A stretch of DNA of 34,772 nt from a virus (taxonomy: Duplodnaviria; Caudoviricetes): positions 1 through 34,772 of IMG/VR virus record IMGVR_UViG_3300020045_009801; one strand, 5' to 3'. Shown here one piece after another: positions 18,853 through 28,271 of the stretch (its first letter is position 1; each line of letters starts with the position of its first letter). Both the position numbers and the translations under genes were made by a program. Under the pieces are notes generated by a model. That model worked only from the letters and a program-made list of their open reading frames with translations, was not told where the DNA came from and did not search any database.

Positions 18853-20213
18853 TTGGCTTTATAAATTGGTTCGTAAACTATCAACTTACTCTGGATAAAC
18901 TCATCATTTTTGGCAGCGTACTTCTCGCAGAACACTTTCATTCTGGCAAAAGTCATGGATTCAAATTTTGACTCCGGCAAGGTCTTGCCTTCATTTTCAA
19001 ACCAGAACTGAGCCATTAAAAGATAAGCGGCATTGTTGAGAATCTTAATAGAGTATCCCTCTTTTACTTTTGGCGCCTCAGAAAATAAGTCAGCCTGAGA
19101 ATCTACCATGGCCGATGCCATTTGTCCAGATGCTGCGACCTGTGCTTCTGATTCGGATTTTATTCGTTGTTCTTCAGCTAATTTTTCGATCCTTTCTTTT
19201 TCTTCAGCCTGACGGGTTTTTTCAGCCTCTTCATCTTCGAGTGCTTTTTTCTTTCTCGCTTCCTCGTCGACAATAGCTTGCAATCTCGCTTTTTCAGCCT
19301 CTTCTTCTTTTCGTTTATTTTCTGCTTCGAGTGCGAGTTTTTTGGCGGCATCCTGCTCCCTCAATGCCCTTCTTTTGTCCCATGCAGCCTGAATACCTAC
19401 TCTTCTTTGACGTTCAGATTCAATGGCTCTAAGTTCGATTTCTTTCAATCTTTGGACTTCAAGATCATGTAATTGCTGATATTTAGATGGGATCATATCC
19501 AAAAGTTCGCGGCTAAAATCTTCGATGTCTTTTTTGAATACTGCCGGACCCGATAGGACTAATCCTTGGTATATTGGTCCAACTATTGCATTAAATTCTT
19601 CATCCGTATGATGCTTAAATTCAGGCATGTGAATTGCAAAATTAAACATGCCATTGGAAATGTTATTCGAGAACTGGCCGATTTCTTTTGCCGCTGATTT
19701 TATTGTTTCGAGATTCAGTGCATTAAACCAGTCAGTCTTTCCGGTTTTAAATTTCAGTACGAAATTTGTGTACTCCGAGGAATACATGATCCGGTAATTC
19801 CTGGCAATATCAATAGCTTCAGATTCTTTGGCCAACCTTAATGCGGCCTGACGTTCCAATTCCTGACGCTCCTGCATCTTCCTGGTTGCGTAATCATCCC
19901 TGAACTTTTGGCACAATGCGATGGATGCCGGTATTTCATTTTCAAGTGAGGTAAACTCCTTGGCAATGGCGGTCATGATCTGGGTGAACGGACTCCGCTT
20001 TTCTTTCATTGAAGTTACGGTGAGTTTTGCTTTCCGGATAAACTCAGAAAGCTGCTCGTCCATTACATCGTCCATCTTAGCCTTAGCCATATCACAAAGC
20101 TCATTTGCTCTGATTACAGCCCTGTCGTGACTGTTCCTGTTTTCTTGCAATACTGCGGGCGCAGAAGAAATAAGCTGCTTAAATTCTTCGACTTTTACAA
20201 TTTCTTCTGTCAT
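18849..20213 (-). CDS. Coiled-coil protein of the recombination operon (DUF1351-like)
   Basis: RSPFTQ motif, long E/K/R/A coiled coil, lies between RecT and the exonuclease. Confidence 0.65.
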   Translation of the reverse strand: MTEEIVKVEEFKQLISSAPAVLQENRNSHDRAVIRANELCDMAKAKMDDVMDEQLSEFIRKAKLTVTSMKEKRSPFTQIMTAIAKEFTSLENEIPASIALCQKFRDDYATRKMQERQELERQAALRLAKESEAIDIARNYRIMYSSEYTNFVLKFKTGKTDWFNALNLETIKSAAKEIGQFSNNISNGMFNFAIHMPEFKHHTDEEFNAIVGPIYQGLVLSGPAVFKKDIEDFSRELLDMIPSKYQQLHDLEVQRLKEIELRAIESERQRRVGIQAAWDKRRALREQDAAKKLALEAENKRKEEEAEKARLQAIVDEEARKKKALEDEEAEKTRQAEEKERIEKLAEEQRIKSESEAQVAASGQMASAMVDSQADLFSEAPKVKEGYSIKILNNAAYLLMAQFWFENEGKTLPESKFESMTFARMKVFCEKYAAKNDEFIQSKLIVYEPIYKAK

Positions 20214-20214
20214 C

Positions 20215-21075
20215 TTAAAATACTTTTTCGTCAGGATTTTCTTCTTTTGGGATAACTACTGCTGCCGGAGTACTTTTAGGCGCAGAGAATGTTTCTTCTT
20301 CTTGGTCTTCATCTTCCAACACTGCATTTCCAGAAACTTTCAGCTTAGTGTAGGCTCGCATTGCATGTTTAATACATTTTGCTTCAAGGAATCCGGGATC
20401 GATCTGGCCATCAACAGAGGTGTATAGCGCATTGGCCTGTGGATTTGGATTGGATTGATTCGCTTTTGGAGTGGAATATTTCATCAATCTTGCGATGTCA
20501 TCTTCAAGCAACCATTTGAAGTCAATGCCGTCGTGGGGAAGAACGATTGAACACCACACGCCAAAAATCTTCTTGGATTTTCGAGGAATGGCCGGAAGGT
20601 AATCTACCCTCAACTCCCCACGATCATTTGTTTTGGGCTGGAATTTATCACCCTCATAAAGCACGATTGGGTTATTCATCCGGATGATCTGACCAGACTT
20701 GATCCGCATATTCAACTCCCCATAAGCAGTGATCACAAGTCTTGCCACTTTCACCCAGTTTTCTTTTCCTTCCTTGGGTTGATTTGCATTTCTTGCTTCA
20801 AGGTAAGATTCTGACTTAGCTCCTGGCTGAACAGAAAGTCCATTGATGGCAATTTCCAGGAACGAACTATACAAGCTCAGTCCGGTTGAAGCTTTCAGCC
20901 ATTCATTTTCAAATACGATCTTTTTGAAGTACATAGCCTCACGCTCATAAATCGTTTCAGCGTTTTCTTTTGACATTCTGTGAACTCCGGTCAATACGTT
21001 GATGAACGATTGTTTTACCGGTTCTTGGTCAACAATGGTAGCTTTATTGGCTACGTCTAAATTTGGTCTTTCCAT
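20215..21075 (-). CDS. recT: RecT-family single-strand annealing protein
   Basis: SLYSSFLEIAINGLS, ITAYGE, VLYEGDKF, K..IKHA; acidic tail. Confidence 0.85.
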   Translation of the reverse strand: MERPNLDVANKATIVDQEPVKQSFINVLTGVHRMSKENAETIYEREAMYFKKIVFENEWLKASTGLSLYSSFLEIAINGLSVQPGAKSESYLEARNANQPKEGKENWVKVARLVITAYGELNMRIKSGQIIRMNNPIVLYEGDKFQPKTNDRGELRVDYLPAIPRKSKKIFGVWCSIVLPHDGIDFKWLLEDDIARLMKYSTPKANQSNPNPQANALYTSVDGQIDPGFLEAKCIKHAMRAYTKLKVSGNAVLEDEDQEEETFSAPKSTPAAVVIPKEENPDEKVF

Positions 21076-21092
21076 GGTGTTATTTTATTTTG

Positions 21093-21290
21093 GTTAACAT
21101 TTTTGGTGAGTAGTAATATGAATTCTCTTCAACGGTAAAAGTATCGATGCGGGTTTGCTCCCCAATAGTAGCACATTTAGTAATCATTGATTTTGTAAAA
21201 ACAATTCCTTCTATTGTCGCAAGAAAATATAGCGATGATAGTCTTTTCAAAGTTCTTACCTTGTCTCCTTTTTTTAAATTTTGGTTTCAT
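21093..21290 (-). pseudogene. Frameshifted remnant of a small KFKKGDKV-type phage gene
   Basis: ATG 21290; removing one A from the A7 run gives MKPKFKKGDKVR...; a FTVEENSYYYSPKML tail lies in another frame. Confidence 0.4.
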
Positions 21291-21311
21291 TTTATTGAAT
21301 TTATTTCTTGT

Positions 21312-21343
21312 CAAAAGTATGTATATATATTTATATTCGCAAG
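21312..21343 (-). promoter_or_regulatory. Promoter (-7 TACTTTTG) for the recT operon
   Basis: TAnnTTTG match with CTTG about 20 nt upstream, intergenic. Confidence 0.55.
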
Positions 21344-21364
21344 CGATTTTGTTATTTATACAAA

Positions 21365-22072
21365 TTATAAATAGATGCCTATTCTTTTATTCAAAACTTC
21401 GCGTAATTCAATCCTTTTTTCGGGAGGATAAATGGTTAGATTACTTTTAAGCTCATTCCTAATTTCCATGGCTACCTCTCTGATTCGCTCAAAGTCCCGT
21501 CTCGATAAGTGGACCGGCTGGATTCGTTTTAATGATTCTACCTTTTCGAGATATTCAATGCCATAAGTGTCGATCAATCCCTGTCTGTATTTCAAGTTAT
21601 CCCCAGACTTCCAATGATTAGATTCGAAGGATTGGTTGTGCAAATTATGTAGGTTCAGGCAGATGGTTCGATTGCTCGCCACACTCATGAAATGCCCGGC
21701 ATTCATCTTATTGTCATACAGCCCTGTCGCCAAGCACGGTTGCCCATAATCTATCAGTCTGGCGATTTCGTTTATTACCGGCTGAACGTATTTTGCCCGG
21801 TACGCATCCGGACGAAGTAATTCAATCTTCTTCTGTCGATTTTCCTCCTTTTTGATCGACTGTTCTTTTTTGGCTTCTTTTTGAACATTCGTTTTAGCCC
21901 TAATCTGAGCCTTTTGAAGAACTTTATTTCCAGATGGAGTAGTTGTAAGGAAAAGGTAAAAACACTCCTTACAGAGTCCATATCGGTGCAAAAACGCCTT
22001 ATTGCCGCATCCGATAAATCCTATTGCCGGTCCGCTTCCTTTTTTACAAGGCTTTAATTTGGCTTGAATCAT
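21365..22072 (-). CDS. ninG: NinG/Rap-like recombination endonuclease
   Basis: RLID...C...G....AGHF.S......NLHNLH.Q...N...SG....YR.GL...YG. Confidence 0.8.
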   Translation of the reverse strand: MIQAKLKPCKKGSGPAIGFIGCGNKAFLHRYGLCKECFYLFLTTTPSGNKVLQKAQIRAKTNVQKEAKKEQSIKKEENRQKKIELLRPDAYRAKYVQPVINEIARLIDYGQPCLATGLYDNKMNAGHFMSVASNRTICLNLHNLHNQSFESNHWKSGDNLKYRQGLIDTYGIEYLEKVESLKRIQPVHLSRRDFERIREVAMEIRNELKSNLTIYPPEKRIELREVLNKRIGIYL

Positions 22073-22209
22073 TTCATCTGTTTTAGTAAATGAATGGCCA
22101 CGTCGATTGCTTCACCAATAACTTTTGGGTTGGGCTGCACCGCGCTGTCGTCGCACCTGCGCCATTTGTTGTATTCTTCGAGAATCTTAATTGCTTCTTG
22201 TAGGCTCAT
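22069..22209 (-). CDS. Small protein MSLQEAIKILEEYNKWRRC...IGEAIDVAI (46 aa, not in the ORF track)
   Basis: Translated by hand; ATGA-coupled to ninG. Confidence 0.7.
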   Translation of the reverse strand: MSLQEAIKILEEYNKWRRCDDSAVQPNPKVIGEAIDVAIHLLKQMK

Positions 22210-22387
22210 GGTGTCTTTCAATTGTGTGTTTATAATTGATCTTGATTTTTACCAACTCTTCAGAATATTCGTAGAAGGATCCGTAGTAGTCTGCTTCTTT
22301 TGCGACGTAGTTCCAAAACTCGGGTAGGTCTTCTGTTTTGATCAGGACTTGATTTCCGAGATTTAGTTCGTGTAGGATTTGTTTCAT
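22187..22387 (-). CDS. Hypothetical protein
   Basis: Coupled ORF. Confidence 0.55.
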   Translation of the reverse strand: MKQILHELNLGNQVLIKTEDLPEFWNYVAKEADYYGSFYEYSEELVKIKINYKHTIERHHEPTRSN

Positions 22388-22686
22388 AATTTTATAATTC
22401 TTGATTTATCCGAAGCTGTATAAAGTTTTCGGAATGATTTGCAGCATCCAGACTTACCGTTTCGAGGCTCGTATAAATCACATTCATTTCCACATGGATC
22501 ACCTCCTTCTGATTCCTTGGCCCCTACTTCTCCAATGGCCTTACAGTAGAAGAACCCATCCTCACCTGATTTCATTGCTTCAAAAACTATCCTTTCGGTT
22601 TCTTCATTATCTCGCATTTGCTGCTTATGTGCTGGAATTGTATAGCACATTTCTTCATCATTGTCTGAAAAATAATATTTTGCCAT
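22384..22686 (-). CDS. Cys-rich small phage protein
   Basis: FFYCK...CG.EC..Y.PRNGKSGCC. Confidence 0.7.
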   Translation of the reverse strand: MAKYYFSDNDEEMCYTIPAHKQQMRDNEETERIVFEAMKSGEDGFFYCKAIGEVGAKESEGGDPCGNECDLYEPRNGKSGCCKSFRKLYTASDKSRIIKL

Positions 22687-22689
22687 AAT

Positions 22690-23193
22690 TTATAATTTTT
22701 CGAGTTTAAAATTCTTTAGTTTAAGAGAGTAAATCCTCATACATCCCAAGTGCCCTAATTTAAGCCTTTCCTTATCGGTCCACTCCTCGGCAGTAGGATT
22801 AATCTTGCAGTTCCGGACAATATCAACTCTTGATTCCATTTTTGTGTATCCAGAATATCTGACTTCAACTCTTCTTACAATCATTAATCCTGCTTTATCC
22901 GGGATATTTTCAAGTGCAAATTCTTTCAACCATTCCGGAACTGCAAAGAAAAGTTTTTGAATCAATCGATGGGAGTGATCATGACCCTTTGTTTTATCTT
23001 TCTTCAAGTCGGCCTTACTAATTTTTATTTCAATCTCAGTAGCCCATCCTGATGGATATAAAACGAGTAAGTCACATTCGTGCATTCCATTCATTCCCCA
23101 GCTGATGTTTGGAATTATGATATTCTTTCTGAAATCAAGTTCTCGCATTAATGCAAGTTCCATCTGTTCTGTGGTAAGTTTTGGTAGGGTCAT
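22690..23193 (-). CDS. PD-(D/E)XK nuclease-like protein (MmcB-like)
   Basis: ECDLL...EIEIKISKADLKKD...FFAVP; ATG 23193 coupled to the upstream stop. Confidence 0.75.
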   Translation of the reverse strand: MTLPKLTTEQMELALMRELDFRKNIIIPNISWGMNGMHECDLLVLYPSGWATEIEIKISKADLKKDKTKGHDHSHRLIQKLFFAVPEWLKEFALENIPDKAGLMIVRRVEVRYSGYTKMESRVDIVRNCKINPTAEEWTDKERLKLGHLGCMRIYSLKLKNFKLEKL

Positions 23194-23399
23194 AGCTTTT
23201 CTAGTTCGGTAAGAACTTCTTTCCAATACTGAATTTTATATTCGTCAGGGACATTCAGCCATGCTTCGTCTGTAAGGCATCCGAGTTTTATAATTCTCTG
23301 GACGCAGACCTTAGCGCACTTCTTTGAATGTGAGTGCTTTACACGAAACCCTTTCATGGAATTGAATAGGTCGATAGCTTCTTCGGATGGCGTCTTCAT
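23190..23399 (-). CDS. Small Bacteroidota-phage protein
   Basis: MKTP.EEA..L...KKCA..CV..II...YWKEV..ELEKL. Confidence 0.7.
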   Translation of the reverse strand: MKTPSEEAIDLFNSMKGFRVKHSHSKKCAKVCVQRIIKLGCLTDEAWLNVPDEYKIQYWKEVLTELEKL

Positions 23400-23695
23400 G
23401 GATAAGTTTCGTTTAGTCTTTCTTCAAGACGGTTCATTTTAAAAATAACTCTTTTGTTGATCTCGTCGATTGGAAACATTTTCTCTGCCTGTCGGATCAT
23501 GATTTTTACATCAGCAATTTCATCGATTACGTTTTTATACTTCTGATCCTTGTCGCCACGAATCCGTTTTAATTTCTGCATGGCCAAGGCAAGTTCAATG
23601 CACTCTTCAATAATCATTTCACATTGTGCTTCAAATCCCCATTTTTCAATTGCTTTTCTGAGGATTGTGTCGTCGATAAATTCTTTTACGTTCAT
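23396..23695 (-). CDS. MazG-like nucleotide pyrophosphohydrolase
   Basis: WG..AQ....EEC.EL...DEIADV.IM..Q. Confidence 0.8.
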   Translation of the reverse strand: MNVKEFIDDTILRKAIEKWGFEAQCEMIIEECIELALAMQKLKRIRGDKDQKYKNVIDEIADVKIMIRQAEKMFPIDEINKRVIFKMNRLEERLNETYP

Positions 23696-23761
23696 GATTA
23701 AAAAATATTTGGTTCGTTATAAATTGGTATTTTTGAGGATGGGCCGGATTGCTGCTCGGGC

Positions 23762-24646
23762 TCAAAAGCGTACTTCAACTATTTTTGATTCTGTTGGATC
23801 AACTATTTTTGGATATAATCCCATATCATTCTGGTCAATCTCAAAATATATAGGATCAAACTCTTCGCCCCTAGTATCTTCCGGAGACATTATTGATTGC
23901 CTTTTGTCTTGTGAATTTTTTTCAAACCGAATAACCGTTTCGGCCTTATTCACTAATTCAGTTCCAATGTGACCCCTAGCTTTTCCGCCTTCCTTATTCT
24001 CATGTAATACGCATGATATGTGTATGTTTTTTTCTTTTGTCCATTTCAGCAGCTTATCACTAATCATTTTTGCCTCTTCTTGCGAATTTATATCTGTTAT
24101 CAAATCCCGGATTCCGTCTATTATTACATATCCTAGATTTGCTGCATTATAGATCAAAAATTCAACTATTTTTAGTCTCATTGATGTTTCATATTTTCTT
24201 AATGCTATTGCTCTAAAATTAGGATGCTGTCCGTCATGTAAGGAAACATTAACAACTGAATTTACGAATCTATATACGTGGTAGTCTGATTGCTCTGTAT
24301 CAATAAACAACGTCGTTAGTCCGGGCATATTCGGAAGAAATTTATCGTATATTTTCACATTATACCCAAGACTAGCAGCAATCATTGATAACCCAAACGT
24401 CTTCCTACTCTTAGCCTGTCCTTTGAATAGAGAAAAGTTTCCTTTGGTGAAAATCGGGATATTTTTATCACACTCAATAAGACTCATTATTGCCGGAGGC
24501 TTATTTATCGGGCAGTTAAAGCTAATTTGCGAATCCTCAACGTACGACCACATCTTTGCCTCATCATCCTTTGCCGGAGTTACCCTTTTGGTTTCGGGCA
24601 AAAGAAATGAATTTAATGAGTTAGTTAAATTATCAAATTGGCTCAT
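23762..24646 (-). CDS. AAA_25/RepA-like SF4 helicase ATPase
   Basis: GQAKSRKT, IDTEQ, IIDGIRD, VLHENK...RGHIGTELVNKAET. Confidence 0.85.
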   Translation of the reverse strand: MSQFDNLTNSLNSFLLPETKRVTPAKDDEAKMWSYVEDSQISFNCPINKPPAIMSLIECDKNIPIFTKGNFSLFKGQAKSRKTFGLSMIAASLGYNVKIYDKFLPNMPGLTTLFIDTEQSDYHVYRFVNSVVNVSLHDGQHPNFRAIALRKYETSMRLKIVEFLIYNAANLGYVIIDGIRDLITDINSQEEAKMISDKLLKWTKEKNIHISCVLHENKEGGKARGHIGTELVNKAETVIRFEKNSQDKRQSIMSPEDTRGEEFDPIYFEIDQNDMGLYPKIVDPTESKIVEVRF

Positions 24647-25101
24647 ATTTTAGAATTAAATAGGTCAGTTAGTTTTATTTTACTTATTGCATATTGCGTA
24701 AAGTCTTCACTGAATCCAGTGTCAATATTAAATTTTATTTCCTCTACCGAAAATTTTAATTGAAGATCGATGAGCATATTCCACCGTATAGGTTTTTTGA
24801 GCTGTGATTGTACTCCCACAAAGTATATCATAAATTCCTCATCTAAATATCTAATAATAGATCCATCAACAACAGAAACAAACTCATCTGGTCTAAACGT
24901 CTCCTCTACTAATGCAAGTATGTTAATAAATAACTTACCGTACTCTAACTCATCAACTAACCCTATTACATCAACATTTCTTAACTCGTTTATGTACCTG
25001 TGACATGTTAGAATATATTCCTTTACCGATTGAGCTTTTTTGTCCTGATAAAAATTTATAAGAGACTCAGTTTCCTTTATATATTTTTGCTCGTATATCA
25101 T
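24643..25101 (-). CDS. Hypothetical protein between initiator and helicase
   Basis: ATGA-coupled on both sides. Confidence 0.6.
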   Translation of the reverse strand: MIYEQKYIKETESLINFYQDKKAQSVKEYILTCHRYINELRNVDVIGLVDELEYGKLFINILALVEETFRPDEFVSVVDGSIIRYLDEEFMIYFVGVQSQLKKPIRWNMLIDLQLKFSVEEIKFNIDTGFSEDFTQYAISKIKLTDLFNSKI

Positions 25102-25874
25102 TGAACAAATCTATTTTCGATCCAATTATTCATAGTTAGGTATAGCGACTTCTTTCCCTTCCAATACTTTTTATCATTCTCTATTTTAGTCACAATATCC
25201 ATCAGTTTCATTCCGTTTGTTTTTGCCTTTTCTAAAAGCTTATTAAACTGTTCGAATGTTATCTGATTTTTAATAGACAAAATTCCTGATAGTTTTTCTT
25301 TGGTTTCATTTTCACCAAAAATGAACTTTACAAAGAAGACGTATTTTGAATCTGAATTTGATATTTTAATTTCAGAATCGTAAAACTGAGAATAAGTAAA
25401 TACGCTAGTATTTACATCTCCTTTACTTTCCTTTACTTTACTTTGTGTACTAATGTAGTCATTAACTATATAAGTGCTATCATTTAGTAGGTTAATGTCA
25501 ACATTAACTAAGTATTCTTTAATTAATTCAACAGATTTTCTGCGAGACGTTGCCTCTATAAATCTCAATTGAATTCCATGAGAAGTCAGAATATTATATT
25601 TTTTATACCTTTCCTCATCAAATATTCCATGTCTTATTGAATCATTAATGATAGCATTAACTAAGTTGATATCTACATTAACTCTTTTACTGAATACAAT
25701 AACCGAGTCTTCGCTTACATTAATAAAGTATCCGTTAGCATAAATCTTTTGTAGAAGTTTTATTACTACTCCGAAGCCTGTAATATCATACTTCGCCTCA
25801 ATGAGCTCTATCTTATCATCCATTGAGACATCGAGCGGAAAGTAGTCTAATCCGAATTTTATTGGTCGTGCCAT
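25098..25874 (-). CDS. Replication initiator, DUF4373/Lin1244-like
   Basis: MARP.K.GLDYFPLDV..DDKI..IEAKY...G....KLL..IY..GY; ILTS.GIQ.RF; QSKVKESK linker. Confidence 0.85.
   Translation of the reverse strand: MARPIKFGLDYFPLDVSMDDKIELIEAKYDITGFGVVIKLLQKIYANGYFINVSEDSVIVFSKRVNVDINLVNAIINDSIRHGIFDEERYKKYNILTSHGIQLRFIEATSRRKSVELIKEYLVNVDINLLNDSTYIVNDYISTQSKVKESKGDVNTSVFTYSQFYDSEIKISNSDSKYVFFVKFIFGENETKEKLSGILSIKNQITFEQFNKLLEKAKTNGMKLMDIVTKIENDKKYWKGKKSLYLTMNNWIENRFVQ
25449..25683. repeat. Four imperfect palindromes gttaatg-N4-cattaact inside the initiator gene (iteron-like)
   Basis: Copies at about 25451, 25491, 25644 and 25665. Confidence 0.6.
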
Positions 25875-25875
25875 A

Positions 25876-26304
25876 TTATATCAATAATCCTAGTTTTTTC
25901 AAATTACCAAAATGATCTTCAATCAAGCTTCTTAGTTTTTTAGGAGCAGATATATTAAAGCCTACATTTTTACCAAACCTAGTTATTGATAATATAAGCT
26001 TACCTTCACACGAAATAAAGCAAACAATAGTTCCATCAATATCATATGCGTGTCTTATTATCTTTAGCATCGATATATTTACCACCTTCAGCTTGAATCG
26101 TTCTATATCCTCATGGCATTTCTCGCACAGCGTGACTAGGTATTTATCATCAACAGACCATGGATCCTTTCCGTATTTTAAATGATGTACATTTAAAGTA
26201 GATTTATTATCACCACAGGCAGCGCAAGTAAATAAATCTCGCTCCATAACCTTCAGTCTCTTCTTTTGCCACCTTGGGTCTTTAAGTTTATCCAAATATT
26301 TCAT
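25876..26304 (-). CDS. HNH endonuclease-domain protein
   Basis: LKDPRWQKKRL..MERD.FTC..CG....LNVHH..Y....LVTLCEKCH. Confidence 0.85.
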   Translation of the reverse strand: MKYLDKLKDPRWQKKRLKVMERDLFTCAACGDNKSTLNVHHLKYGKDPWSVDDKYLVTLCEKCHEDIERFKLKVVNISMLKIIRHAYDIDGTIVCFISCEGKLILSITRFGKNVGFNISAPKKLRSLIEDHFGNLKKLGLLI

Positions 26305-26350
26305 ATACAATATTTTAGGTTAATATTTTTAACTTCAATTAGCCGAAAAT

Positions 26351-26506
26351 CTATTCGACGTAAATCAAAACAGCACCCTCAATGCGAACTGTTTTAACTC
26401 TGCCTGACTTAACCATCTTATCGACCGCAGCCGGGGTAACGCATATCTTTTTTGCGTATGCCGTCTTAGTCATTAGCTTGGTCCTATCCACCTTTAAATT
26501 ATCCAT
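26351..26506 (-). CDS. Small excisionase-like HTH DNA-binding protein (51 aa, not in the ORF track)
   Basis: MDNLKVDRTKLMTKTAYAKKICVTPAAVDKMVKSGRVKTVRIEGAVLIYVE*, translated by hand. Confidence 0.75.
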   Translation of the reverse strand: MDNLKVDRTKLMTKTAYAKKICVTPAAVDKMVKSGRVKTVRIEGAVLIYVE

Positions 26507-26588
26507 AGGTTAATATTTATTACTTTTTATTCCGAAAAAACCCGAATCACTTCGGAGACTCAAAATTAAATAAATTATCCAATAAATT

Positions 26589-26921
26589 TTATTTTTCTTT
26601 TATGCTGCGCAACAGTGAAACCTTATCTGCCTGGAGTTGCCAGAACTTAGCATTTTTATATTGATATGATACGTGCTGACCCTGTACGTGTACAATATTG
26701 CCTTCAAGTATCAGATCATATAAATCATCGAATACGCTTGATTTAACGCTTATTTGATGGTATTCTACTACTCGCTTCACTCCTCCGTCCATTGTGCCCT
26801 TAAAAGAGTCCGTAGCTATATAGAACGTGGCCGCGGTAGTTCCGTTTTCAAATACAGTTACCTTTCCTCCGGCTTGAACGGGTCCAATAAGGATAGAGAA
26901 GTTTGTAGTAGATAATTTCAT
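26589..26921 (-). CDS. Divergent SSB-like OB-fold protein lacking an acidic tail
   Basis: N...LIG...ATFYIAT...EYHQI...G..VHVQG...ADKVSLL; ATG 26921 coupled to the upstream stop. Confidence 0.7.
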   Translation of the reverse strand: MKLSTTNFSILIGPVQAGGKVTVFENGTTAATFYIATDSFKGTMDGGVKRVVEYHQISVKSSVFDDLYDLILEGNIVHVQGQHVSYQYKNAKFWQLQADKVSLLRSIKEK

Positions 26922-27466
26922 TTGGTGCAAAAATTATAATACCGGACTAGATTTAAAAAGTACGGAGTAGGATCCTGTTTCTTTTCCAGCCACGACTTGA
27001 TTGTTTCAAAACTTGATCTGAGGAATTTCTTAGGATCATCAATTGTCATCTCACCTATAGATGCTGCCGGTAGGCTAGATAACGAATTGAAGTAATCCCT
27101 GTAAAATTCTGTCATGTAAGTCATTGCTTCTACCTCATTCTTGAACTGTATGAGTTTGAAATCAGGGTTGATAGTGATCATTTCTGAAAACGACTCTATC
27201 TGGGTTCCGTGGGGAATATGTAGTAGAAATCTCAGTGATCCTAATCCGATAATCTCATCCATAATCTTTACCTTCGTGAACGTCGTGGCCTCGGTTAAGA
27301 ACTTGCCGGGTATTGAATTTCGGAGCAGAATAAAAGTTTTTTCATTCTTATCCAATATTCCAATATTAGGGATGGCGCCGTGAATAGTTTCTACTCCGAC
27401 GATTAAATCTCCTGTTCCGTTGGGCTCAACAGTCAGGAAGTTTCCTGATTTGTCTGGGACTTTCAT
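26918..27466 (-). CDS. Hypothetical protein
   Basis: Coupled ORF, 182 aa. Confidence 0.65.
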   Translation of the reverse strand: MKVPDKSGNFLTVEPNGTGDLIVGVETIHGAIPNIGILDKNEKTFILLRNSIPGKFLTEATTFTKVKIMDEIIGLGSLRFLLHIPHGTQIESFSEMITINPDFKLIQFKNEVEAMTYMTEFYRDYFNSLSSLPAASIGEMTIDDPKKFLRSSFETIKSWLEKKQDPTPYFLNLVRYYNFCTK

Positions 27467-27855
27467 AGGAGTCTTTTATCAATTGCCAAACCCTGTTCAA
27501 TAAGTCCGTAGACGTCGAAGTGATTAGCGAAAAGCGCATTCATTGTTTCAAACCTTAAATTATTACATAAATTTTCTGATTTTTGTAATCCAATTTTTAC
27601 ATAGTCAATCCTGTCAAGCAGATCATCATATTCTCTTTCAGAAAACTCATCAAATACTTTTTCGTATTCCGGATCTAGTAGCGCAGATAATGGAATTAAA
27701 AAGGGTTTTATTTCATCTAGCTTATACTTTACCGTCCCTCTTTTATCAATCCTTGCCTTCACTAATTCATCCCTGCATATAGCCCAAAATTGTCCTTTAT
27801 CCGTCTGAAGGTCATAAGGTAAATACGGTAAAAGGTGTTTGATTTCTAATTTCAT
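27463..27855 (-). CDS. Bacteroidota-phage protein (L..YLPY.L...P.L.PLS.L...HFD family), paralog of 33250..33816
   Basis: Shared motifs. Confidence 0.75.
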   Translation of the reverse strand: MKLEIKHLLPYLPYDLQTDKGQFWAICRDELVKARIDKRGTVKYKLDEIKPFLIPLSALLDPEYEKVFDEFSEREYDDLLDRIDYVKIGLQKSENLCNNLRFETMNALFANHFDVYGLIEQGLAIDKRLL

Positions 27856-27860
27856 AACAA

Positions 27861-28271
27861 CTATTGTAAGCGTTTAATTTCAGGAATAACCATTCCAAGT
27901 TTAATTGCAAGCGAATACACAGCCACAGATACGCGAACTTCTGTTCCTTCTGACATAACCACGACGTAGTAAGGATTGTCTCCTCTGGGCTGAATTTTAG
28001 CTATAGATGCTACGTCTTGTCGGTTGACAAATTCCTTTGTTGCAGTGTTAGGCCAGTCAAGTGACCATATCTGATATTTCATTTCCAGGTACAAGCGTTC
28101 TTCTTTGGTTGGAAGAATCTTCTTGTAGTCCTTGATCCATGCAAGGTCTTTGATAATAGGTTCATACTTGCATTTCACTGTTTTTATATGACCCCACATT
28201 CCATCGCCTATGGGGTAATAAATTTTCAGTCCTGCTGATGTTGGTTCGGTTTTGATCTGGTCAGTATTCAT
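27861..28271 (-). CDS. Hypothetical protein
   Basis: Overlapping ORF in the operon. Confidence 0.6.
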   Translation of the reverse strand: MNTDQIKTEPTSAGLKIYYPIGDGMWGHIKTVKCKYEPIIKDLAWIKDYKKILPTKEERLYLEMKYQIWSLDWPNTATKEFVNRQDVASIAKIQPRGDNPYYVVVMSEGTEVRVSVAVYSLAIKLGMVIPEIKRLQ

